Positions 1-10,209 of a DNA stretch of 64,000 nt are shown here, in pieces; position 1 is the stretch's first letter; every line of letters starts with the position of its first letter. Source of the DNA: Macrostomum lignano (lineage: Eukaryota); contig NIVC01001209.1 in NCBI GenBank assembly GCA_002269645.1, forward strand, positions 69,929 to 133,928. The letters are read 5' to 3'. The position numbers and the translations under genes are program-made. Below the pieces are notes generated by a model. That model was not told where the DNA came from. It ran no database searches and saw only the letters and a program-made list of their open reading frames with translations.

Positions 1-80
1 ATATCCCTCTAGATACCCTGACATCCCTCTACATACCCTGACATCCCTCTAGATACCCCTGCGTCCCTCTACGATACCTT
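1..80. repeat. Short tandem repeat, ~20-bp unit (acatccctctagataccctg), truncated by the window edge
   Basis: About 4 imperfect copies read directly at the window start. Confidence 0.7.
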
Positions 81-247
81 AAAATCCTAGATAACTGGAA
101 GCTCTGGCAAAGACCCAGCTACATTTCTAATAGCTGCAGAAAGCAGATCATTCTATCCAGACGAAACCTAATCATTAATCGAATGACGCGACGTTAATTA
201 ACAAAAAAGAGTTCAGCAAACACTTTAAATGTCCAATTCAATCCAAA

Positions 248-928
248 TCACTCTCGCTTGTTAGCGCCAGCGGCCTGCTCGGCTCTCTCCTTGGTATCCA
301 AGGCGGCCATGTTGACGCTGGCAACGTAGAGATGCACAGCGCTAATAGCGCTTTTAACCGCCGCCACGGGAAAGGTGAGAACGGCTAGGGTTGGCACGAG
401 GCCAAAGCCTAGCAGTATTGGTCCCCTAGTGAAGTGCATCAGGTACAGAGCAGCATAGAACAGCTCATTACCGGCGCACATGCAGAATAGCACAACCCGA
501 CTATTGTAATAATAATATAAAATCGGATTAGAGCTCAAATCCACCGCCTTATGACTCTGAGCACCGCGCACAATAGACGAATGCAGATGCAGCCAATGGC
601 TGGCAATGTCCAGTGCGGCGCTCAATTGAAATGCCAGCATATATCTGGGATAGAACTGGGCTAGCACGAATAGCAGGCACATTGTGGCGCACCTGTCAGT
701 CAGCATGTCCAGCATAGCGCCGAATTTAGTAGACTGATTCAGCAGTCTGGCCGCGTGGCCATCGAATGCGTCTAGCAGGCCGGATAGCAGATAGGCCCAC
801 GTGGCCCTCACGTGGTCGAATGGCATGTAATAGCAGGCCAGTATGGCTAACAGGATTCTGGCGTAGCCAATCAGATTGGGCACGAATAGGAATACATTCT
901 GTTCCGAATAGTTTGACGAGCTTAGCAT
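248..928 (-). CDS. CDIPT: CDP-diacylglycerol--inositol 3-phosphatidyltransferase (phosphatidylinositol synthase), 226 aa, intronless CDS
   Basis: N-terminal NVFLFVPNLIGYAR and the CDP-alcohol phosphotransferase motif DAFDGHAARLLNQSTKFGAMLDMLTDR are present, with LDIASHW and FCMCAGNELFY as in PIS/CDIPT. ATG at 928 and stop at 248-250. An acceptor-like ACTTCAG (AG at 952-953) lies 23 nt upstream of the ATG. Confidence 0.96.
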   Translation of the reverse strand: MLSSSNYSEQNVFLFVPNLIGYARILLAILACYYMPFDHVRATWAYLLSGLLDAFDGHAARLLNQSTKFGAMLDMLTDRCATMCLLFVLAQFYPRYMLAFQLSAALDIASHWLHLHSSIVRGAQSHKAVDLSSNPILYYYYNSRVVLFCMCAGNELFYAALYLMHFTRGPILLGFGLVPTLAVLTFPVAAVKSAISAVHLYVASVNMAALDTKERAEQAAGANKRE

Positions 929-1049
929 GGTTACAGTTGGTTGATTGCAAGCTGAAGTATGCCGTTAGGTAATGAGTTTGCGCCTGATGCACTGCATTTC
1001 ACAGCTAATCACTCAGATTTCTACTATTTGTAGCGATTCGATATCCATC

Positions 1050-1345
1050 TTTTTGGTCTGTTGTGGATTCTTCTATCTTTTGTGGATTCTTGTTGGGCTG
1101 TTGTGGATTTTTGTTGGTCTAATGTGGATTCTTATCTATCTGTTGTGGATTCTTGTTGGTCTGTTGTTAATTCTTATCTATCTGTTGTGGATTCTTGTTG
1201 GTTTGTGGTGGATTTTTCTTGGTCTAATGTGGATTCTTATCTTATCTGTTGCAGATTCTTGTTGGTCTGTTGTGAATTATTGTTTATCTGTTGTGGATTC
1301 TTGTTGGCCGGTCTGTTGTGGAATCTTGTTTATCTGTTGTGCATT
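1050..1345. repeat. Minisatellite, ~21-bp unit (gtggattcttgttggtctgtt / gtggattcttatctatctgtt)
   Basis: Alternating variants read directly; explains ORFs 972..1394 and 1061..1375. Confidence 0.85.
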
Positions 1346-2133
1346 TTTTCTCCTTTCTTGGTGGTCTTTTGTTGAATCTGACGTTCTGTTGTGACATTTG
1401 TGGCTTGTAATTCCAAAGCTCATCCCTAAACAAGAGTAAAGTGATGCGACTTACAAAAAAATCAGACATTCTGCAACAGTTTTATAAGTATATCTCGTAC
1501 TTTCTTATTCAAAAAGTTTGCAAGGCATTTTCCACTGCCGCTGTCACAGGAGGGCCCGCACGAACAAAGAAAACGTGTTGCAATATCACGGATATGGACG
1601 AACAGCAGAAATTAATTACGTCAAATTTTTTGTCAAATTAGATGCTCCCCAAAAAACAGAATGCTCAAAGTAAGAAACTTCTTTGAGTGGGAAGCAAATA
1701 AAAGTCTCTACTTGCTACTCACAGTAAGAAACAAATGCAGCAATTGTCAAATTAAACTATAAATAAATTTTACATTGTGAACATATTCGACTACATTGCA
1801 GCATTTTGAAGACAAATAAAAGAGTGAATACATATCGCAGTACGCACAGACACGCGCACCAAGTCCCGAGACTACAACTCATTAGTTCATGCCAAGTTCC
1901 TTATGCGATTTGCATTATCAGGGGACGCCACGGCCTGAAAACAGGGAGGATGAAAGTAAAGCCATTATTTATTAATAAGAAATCAAAACATGTAAGTTTT
2001 ATATGGAGTCTTTTTTGCCGATATGTAGCGCAATAAAGTATTTTACGCTAAAATACAGATTTTTTGGGTTGAAAGAATGACAGACGCAAAGCACAGATTC
2101 AGAACGGGATGACAGACTGAATCAAGCCCATTT

Positions 2134-2257
2134 CCTAGCACACCTGTTTGCACACCTGGAACTCACAGAGCTCATATCCTAGCACACCTGGAACTCACAG
2201 AGCTCATATCCTAGCACACCTGGAACTCACAGAGCTCATATCCTAGCACACCTGGAA
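2134..2257. repeat. Tandem repeat, 32-bp unit (ctagcacacctggaactcacagagctcatatc), ~3.5 copies
   Basis: Near-perfect copies read directly. Confidence 0.9.
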
Positions 2258-2747
2258 ATTTGTGCACAGCAAAACCAGTTGCATTTCTGACAGCAATTAA
2301 AAGTAACTGGAAACTTCAAAGGCAAAGGATGCACCGAAGACGGATAGAAAGAAGTCACTGTCTAATTGAAAATCTAATAGAGAAAAACAGTTACCTGTTG
2401 CTGGTGTGCAAAAGTGCGTCTAAACTGGTTTGGGGTGACTTGGCATTTATTTTCAACGAAGCGTTGAATAGAGATGAGTAACTATAATAGACAAGACGTA
2501 TCTACTAGTTGGTTTCTTAGCATTCAACTCTTAACGATATGAGCGGACACTGAAAGCATGGGTTAATTAATAATGTTATTGGATTAAAAAAGCACCGAAA
2601 CTCAACAATTATATTATTATATTATATTATATTATAATCAGCTTACTAACAGTAGGCGGTACGTAAATCAAATGATTAATAAACATTTAAAAACTAATTG
2701 TGCCAACAGAACAGCATCAAATAAAATGCAACAGCTATGAAAAGCAC

Positions 2748-5700
2748 TTACCGAGAATGCTCAAAGGCATAATCAGCTTCATTAAAGGAAGCTGTGACGC
2801 AATTCGACCAACGATCCAATACCAGTCCAACAGATAAATGACTCAAATCAAAATAAGAAGTAGAATGAAACAGTATGTTCATGTACACCACTATGTATTC
2901 GGAGGCGGCAAAATAGGTGTACACTGAAATTTTTGCAGATAAATAAATGCCTTTGTTGACACTAAAAATTTATCTAAAACAATTTTAGTTTTAAAAACTG
3001 ATAATAAATCCGCTTACTAAGCCGTTCGCACAGAGCCTGATGTCGCATATAAAAGTACACAGCCAGAGCCGTGCTCAGACAGTAAACGCCAAAGCTGATC
3101 AACTTGATGTAAAACGACTGCGGACATGAATTCGTGACAACTTTGTTATATTTAGGCTTAGTCTGTTGACAGCAACTGTGAAATCCAAATTGCTTTTCTC
3201 TTATCTACCCTCTGCCTGTCTCTCCCCTACCCTCTGCCTGTCTCTCCCCTACCCTCTGCCTGTCTCTCCCCTACCCTCTGCCTGTCTCTCCCCTACCCTC
3301 TGCCTGTCTCTCCCCTACCCTCTGCCTGTCTCTCCCCTACCCTCTGCCTGTCTCTCCCCTACCCTCTGCCTGTCTCTCCCCTACCCTCTGCCTGTCTCTC
3401 CCCTACCCTCTGCCTGTCTCTCCCCTACCCTCTGCCTGTCTCTCCCCTACCCTCTGCCTGTCTCTCCCCTACCCTCTGCCTGTCTCTCCCCTACCCTCTG
3501 CCTGTCTCTCCCCTACCCTCTGCCTGTCTCTCCCCTACCCTCTGCCTGTCTCTCCCCTACCCTCTGCCTGTCTCTTCCTTATTATCTGCCTGTCTCTCCC
3601 TTATTATCTGCCTGTCTCTCCCCTACCCTCTGCCTGTCTCTCCCCTACCCTCTGCCTGTCTCTCCCCTACCCTCTGCCTGTCTCTCCCTTATTATCTGCC
3701 TGTCTCTCCCCTACCCTCTGCCTGTCTCTCCCTTATTATCTGCCTGTCTCTCCCCTACCCTCTGCCTGTCTCTCCCTTATTATCTGCCTGTCTCTCCCCT
3801 ACCCTCTGCCTGTCTCTCCCCTACCCTCTGCCTGTCTCTCCCCTACCTCTGCCTGTCTCTACCCTACCTCTCTGCCTGTCTCCCTACTCTCTGCCTCTCC
3901 CCTACACCTGCCTGTCTCTCCCTTATTATCTGCCTATCTCTTCCCTACTCTCTGCCTCTCCCCTACCCCTGCCTGTCTCTCCCTTATTATCTGCCTATCT
4001 CTTCCCTACTCTCTGCCTCTCCCCTACCCCTGCCTGTCTCTCCTTTATTATCTGCCTATCTCTTCCCTACTCTCTGCCTCTCCCCTACCCCTGCCTGTCT
4101 CTCCCTTATTATCTGCCTATCTCTTCCCTACTCTCTGCCTCTCCCCTACCCCTGCCTGTCTCTCCCTTATTATCTGCCTATCTCTTCCCTACTCTCTGCC
4201 TCTCCCCTACCCCTGCCTGTCTCTCCCTTATTATCTGCCTATCTCTTCCCTACCCTCCGCCTGTCTCTCCCCCGCTGCCTAGGCTACAAAAGTACAATTA
4301 GCAAGCGGCCGAAGCACGCAGACGCACTCGAGTGGAAATCAGCTGTCGATCTGTCAGCTTCTGTCGACTCCGCAGTCGGCAGCAGACTCTCAAGTGCAGC
4401 AGCATGTACACAGATGAAGATATCAGGAATATGGCGAAACAGTTGCGATGGATGGCTGAAATGAGCATATGGCAGGAGAATAGTTAATCCGAGGTACTGC
4501 CGAAAAGACTGAAGCTTAAGGATCTCAATTGGGGCAGCACTATGGCTAGTGAGCACCAAAGGACACACACGGGCAACAAAGGACACAAACCGTTGCTTCT
4601 AACGGAGACATGGGTTATCTCCAAAGGACACACAGAGGACATCAATAGACACATTCGAAAGCCATCAATAGACGCATTCAGAAGCCATTAATAGACGCAT
4701 CTGCAGAGGCCATCAAAAGACACTTGCAGAGGCCATCAAAAGACACATGCAGAGGCCATCAAAAGACACATGCAGAGGCCATCAAAAGACACATGCAGAG
4801 GCCATCACAAGACACCTGCAGAGGCCATCAAAAGACACAAGCAGAGGCCATCAAAAGACACCTGTAGAGGCCATCAAAAGACACAAGCAGAGGCCATCAA
4901 AATACACAAGCAGAGGCCATCAAAAGACACCTGTAGAGGCCATCAAAAGACACATGCAGAGGCCATCAAAAGACACCTGCAGAGGCCATCAAAAGACACC
5001 TGTAGAGGCCATCAAAAGACACAAGCAGAGGCCATCAAAAGACACATGCAGAGGCCATCAAAAGACACCTGTAGAGGACACAAGGACACCAAGTTATGAA
5101 ACTCACGAAAATTATCAGACGAAGACACAACAGACAGGCCGAACAGAGCGGCCAATTCCAAGCAGTTGACAGCAAAATGACCGCCAGTCAAGCAGCAGTC
5201 CTGGACGCGGCGGAGGCGGCCGCAAATTTCCTGATAATAGGCCATGGCCAGGATGAGTCGAAGGGCGCAGCTAACGGTGAGGAACAGGGACCAGATCTGC
5301 TTCTCGGGGCTGGTCTCACCGACTGCAGCGCTGATTGATGGCAGGTAATTGGCGGTCTGTAATTGGCAATAATCAGTCAGCTGCGATAGTAGATAAATAT
5401 GCAATCAACGATAGCTTATTAAGTTATTACATATGAAAACTGCGACATGTCAAATAGCAAAAACGGCATTTCTAAGATTATTTAAATATCGATATTAATC
5501 ATCTACAGATAGATTATTCTTTACTGACTGATAATCAGCTACTTATCGATAATCAGCTACCTACCGATAATAATCTACGTATCGATAATTGGCTTTATAT
5601 CGATGATCAGCAACATGTCGATAATTATATACACATAAGTAATTAGCTACATATTGATTAATTATCGATTCCTTTTCGAAAAAATTTACATATTGATTAT

Positions 5701-5996
5701 CAGCTACATATAGATTATCAGCTACATATCGATTATCAGCTACATTAATATTAAGTATAAAAATAAATTTGGCACAGTAAACCTACAATAATCGGCTAAA
5801 GTTTTAACAAAGTTGAAAAGCATACAACTACGGCTCTCCTAACCAACTGACAGTCAATAGAAATAAGTCTCACCTGACAGTGCGTGGCCAAACTGTGATC
5901 CGAGTGATAAGCCACCGAGTAGGTGACACAGATTGCCAAAGCCGATGCGGGCAGAACAACTGATAGAGCTGATACTTGGCTAACACTGTAAGACAT
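2748..5996 (-). CDS. PGAP2: PGAP2 / Frag1-DRAM-Sfk1 family membrane protein (GPI-anchor remodelling), ~258 aa, 5 exons
   Basis: Exons 5996-5874, 5356-5107, 4455-4328, 3117-3018 and 2923-2748 have GT..AG introns and consistent phases (777 nt). The peptide carries the PGAP2 hallmarks in order: ATHCQ/TANYLPSISAAVG, VSSSDNF-PIHRNCFAIFL, ALAVYFYMRHQALCE, MYTYFAASEYIVVYMNILFH. An in-frame TAA sits just upstream of the ATG at 5996. Confidence 0.9.
3205..4272. repeat. Minisatellite, 22-bp unit (ctaccctctgcctgtctctccc), in PGAP2 intron 3
   Basis: Pure units to ~3830, then a longer composite unit; explains ORF 3166..4464. Confidence 0.95.
4690..5085. repeat. Minisatellite, 23-bp unit (gcagaggccatcaaaagacacat), in PGAP2 intron 2
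   Basis: About 17 copies; ends ~20 nt from the splice donor at 5106. Confidence 0.95.
5500..5750. repeat. Degenerate ~18-bp repeat (gataatcagctacatatc) in PGAP2 intron 1
   Basis: Recurrent atcagctac..atcgat units. Confidence 0.6.
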
Positions 5997-6189
5997 TCTC
6001 AATTATTTTTCCAATGCTTTTCAATGCCTAACAGTAATATAATAGAATTTGCGTCTCCGAGTAGCGAACGCAACTGAGGCATGAAAGCATGCAAATTAAT
6101 TAAAAAATGGATGGTTACTTGCTAGGCTCATTCAGAACCTGTTTTGGAATTATCATTAGATAAGACCTTTAATAAAAGTGCACATTCAG

Positions 6190-6840
6190 AGTAGGCCAAG
6201 TGTGCATTGAGACAGAGATGGGGTGGTGGGTGGGCTAAGACTAACCTTGAGTGGATTCGAATGGCCAAGTGTACATAGAGACGGAGACGGGGTGGTGGTG
6301 GCTGAGGCAGGTTTCAATAGACCAGTTTAGAATGGCCAAGTGTATATTGAGACGGGAATGGGGTGGTGGGTGGGCTAAGACTAACCTTGAGTGGATTCGA
6401 ATGGCCAAGTGTACATAGAGACGGAGATGGGGTGGTGGGTGGCTGAGGCAGGGGTTCAATGGATCGGTTTAGAATGGCCAAGTGTATATTGAGACGGGAA
6501 TGGGGTGGTGGGTGGGCTAAGACTAACCTTAAGTGGATTCGAATGGCCAAGTGTACATAGAGACGGAGATGGGGTGGTGGGTGGCTGAGGCAGGGGTTCA
6601 ATGGATCGGTTTAGAATAGCCAAGTGTAGATTCAGACGGAGATGGGGTGGTGGGTGGGCTGAGGATGAGGTGAAGTGGGTTTAGATCATAGCCAAGTGTA
6701 CATTGAGATGAGAATGGTGTGGTGGGTGGTTGAGGCAGGGGTTCAATGGACCGGTTTAGAATAACCAAGTGTACATTGAGACGGTAATGGGGTAATTGGT
6801 GGCTGAGGCGGGGTGATTGGACCGGTTTAGAATGGCTACT
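6190..6840. repeat. G-rich tandem repeat, ~70-bp subunits alternating A/B into a ~141-bp higher-order unit
   Basis: atggccaagtgtacatagagacgg recurs at 6261, 6401 and 6543, with a related subunit between each. Confidence 0.85.
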
Positions 6841-8559
6841 GTGCGGCGGGCATCACTAAATTTATTGAAATGAAAATGCTAGTCGTTGTTTCTGATAAAC
6901 TAGCAAATATTAGCGACAAATGTTAATTAAACAAAAACTCAGCAATGCAATAAGACGAAACGCTCAAAGGCCATGAAAAAGCGACGAATTGGCAGCGATG
7001 AGCAACTGAAAATTGTTTATATTATTATTATAAATATATGAATATTATTTGGTAAAACTTTATTCGTACAATCAATGAATGTTTCAATAAATGATGGAGA
7101 CAAAACAGTAAAATAATTTATACTACTTATATTTAAAAGAATCATACACGCACACACTGTGCTGCAAGTCTGACTGCAATTTTAAAAAATTACTAGTGTC
7201 TACAGGTACAGGTAAAACAGACAAACGAATGGACAAAACGTACTTTAATAAAAATTATAAGCATGAGCACGCGCATGATCAAGAAGCTCAAGGTAAGTTT
7301 CAAATACTAGAAACTGTTTTTCCATCAAATCTGAGAAGGAGTGTTTATTAAAATTGAGAAAATTCCATCTTAAAACCACAGTTCAAAGATAGACGTATAG
7401 AGATGAAACCTGAACAAACACAAGCGACTACTGACTAGATAGAGTGCGGATGAGATTCCATAATGAACACTACCGTAAATACAGGTAAAAATGGATAAGA
7501 GAAGAAAGTACTTTTGCCAGATCGCAGACCTGTTAAAACCCAAATCAATCAATCACCAACAACCATTTGAATTTCGGTTTATAATAGACAAAATATAAAT
7601 AGCTATTGCGCTAAACTGTGTACTTTAAGTAGGCAGGATGGAATACAGAAGCGGAAAAAACACTCACCATAGATAAAAGGAAAAGAGGTAAAGCTTTTCA
7701 ATTTATTACTAGTAAGTAGCATGTGTACAGAGATTACTGAAACACCCGAGTGTGAAAACTAAGCAGGTAAATCAACTGCTTATTGAGAATAGCTAAGAAA
7801 GAGTAGGTCATTAGAGCTGATTAGTGAAATTAATAAATAAATGGCGCCTTGGCTTCTCAGTAATACAATTAGCCAATCAATCATTTTAGTACGTTTAATT
7901 AGTTAAAGCACCGATGCTTAGAAAGCTTCAGAGAAGGCGAGTCACACTACTTAGCTACCGAGCAGGAAAGTAGCATATTCCAATTTTAAAAAACGATTAT
8001 TAAAGTACAGTATACCGCAAGCTAAAAAACACACTAATTTGAAGAGTTTATTTCGCAATGCGCATGAAACATGAAGCATATTTAAAAAATATCAAAAGTG
8101 CATTTAGAAGCAGCAGAAACATGTGTACGACAGTAAGTGTGCTCGTACGAGGTCAGAGCGAAATGATTCGTGCCAGGTTTAACAATAACAGATGCTGTGC
8201 ATTGGGCTACGGCTGCATATTAGTATTTTAGTTTACACATTCGTAATGAAAATAAAATTCATTTGCAAAGCGAAATATGCCCGCGTGTGTTCTGAGTTTA
8301 GCACTGAAAAACAAAAGCAAGCAGGCCTACATTGGTAAAAAAAGCAATCGTTTATATAACAAAAAAATATTGGGAAAGCAACAACAAAACGTGGAAAACC
8401 AAGTTACAAGTATATAAGTAAAGGTCAATTTTCACATCAAAGCTTAATAGTTTCTTTTATATTGATCTACGAGTATATTTTTTACCACAGCAAATATTTC
8501 TTATTTTTATTTCTATTTTTATAGATAACTACCTGTGTTTTAGCTATTAGCTTTAAATA

Positions 8560-10150
8560 TGAAAGTCCTAGTCACTTATCAATAGCTCTATCTGTGAGTA
8601 GGTCATAATTATCACTATTTTATAGCTCTACCTGTGAGCAGGCCATAGTTATTACCTATTTTATAGCTCCACCTGTGGACAGGCCACAATTATCACCAAT
8701 TTTATAGCTCCACCTGTGGACAGGCCACAATTATCACCAATTTTATAGCTTCACCTGTGAGCAGGCCATAATTATTACCTATTTTATAGCTCCACCTGTG
8801 AGCAGGCCATAATTATCACCAATTTTATAGCTTCACCTGTGAGCAGGCCATAATTATTACCTATTTTATAGCTCCACCTGTGAGCGGGCCATAATTATCA
8901 CCAATTTTATAGCTTCACCTGTGAGCAGGCCATAATTATTACCTATTTTATAGCTCCACCTGTGAGCAGGCCATAATTATCACCAATTTTATAGCTTCAC
9001 CTGTGAGCAGGCCATAATTATTACCTATTTTATAGCCCACCTGTGAGCAGGCCATAATTATCACCAATTTTATAGCTCCACCTGTGAGCGGGCCATAATT
9101 ATTACCTATTTTATAGCTCCACCTGTGAGCAGGCCATAATTATTACCTATTTTATAGCTCCACCTGTGAGCAGGCCATAATTATCACCAATTTTATAGCG
9201 CCACCTGTGAGCAGGCCACAATTATCACCTATTTTATAGCTTCACCTGTGAGCAGGCCACAATTATCACCAATTTTATAGCTTCACCTGTGAGCAGGCCA
9301 TAATTATTACCTATTTTATAGCTCCACCTGTGAGCGGGCCATAATTATCACCAATTTTATAGCTCCACCTGTGAGCGGGCCATAATTATTACCTATTTTA
9401 TAGCTCCACCTGTGAGCGGGCCATAATTATTACCTATTTTATAGCTCCACCTGTGAGCGGGCCATAATTATTACCTATTTTATAGCTCCACCTGTGAGCA
9501 GGCCATAATTATCACCAATTTTATAGCGCCACCTGTGAGCAGGCCATAATTATTACCTATTTTATAGCTCCACCTGTGAGCAGGCCATAATTATTACCTA
9601 TTTTATAGCTCCACCTGTGAGCGGGCCATAATTATTACCTATTTTATAGCTCCACCTGTGAGCAGGCCATAATTATCACCAATTTTATAGCGCCACCTGT
9701 GAGCAGGCCATAATTATTACCTATTTTATAGCTCCACCTGTGAGCAGGCCATAATTATTACCTATTTTATAGCTCCACCTGTGAGCAGGCCATAATTATC
9801 ACCAATTTTATAGCGCCACCTGTGAGCAGGCCATAATTATTACCTATTTTATAGCTCCACCTGTGAGCAGGCCATAATTATTACCTATTTTATAGCTCCA
9901 CCTGTGAGCAGGCCATAATTATCACCAATTTTATAGCGCCACCTGTGAGCAGGCCATAATTATCACCTATTTTATAGCTCCACCTGTGGACAGGCCACAA
10001 TTATCACCTATTTTATAGCTTCACCTGTGGACAGGCCACAATTATCACCTATTTTATAGCTTCACCTGTGAGCAGACCATAATTATCACCAATTTTATAG
10101 CTCCACCTGTGAGCAGGCCATAATTATCACCAATTTTATAGCTCCACCTG
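8560..10150. repeat. Minisatellite, 41-bp unit (acctgtgagcaggccataattattacctattttatagctcc), ~38 copies, just downstream of the MCT stop
   Basis: Read directly; degenerate at the left end and sharply bounded at 10150. Confidence 0.97.
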
Positions 10151-10209
10151 CGGGTAACAAACAAAGAAACAATAAAAAATATAAATCCGATGAGCCCCTC
10201 GACCGCAGC

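Noticed and set aside
3166-5169. Plus-strand ORFs 3166..4464, 4747..5169 and 4770..5099
   Set aside because: Derived from the 22-bp and 23-bp repeats and antisense to well-supported PGAP2 exons.
6964-7529. Possible small hydrophobic gene on the minus strand (candidate exons 7529-7436, 7306-7244, 7005-6964)
   Set aside because: The three pieces are phase-compatible, but I could not attach a start exon or recognise a family, and AT-rich DNA readily yields such peptides. RNA-seq would be needed.
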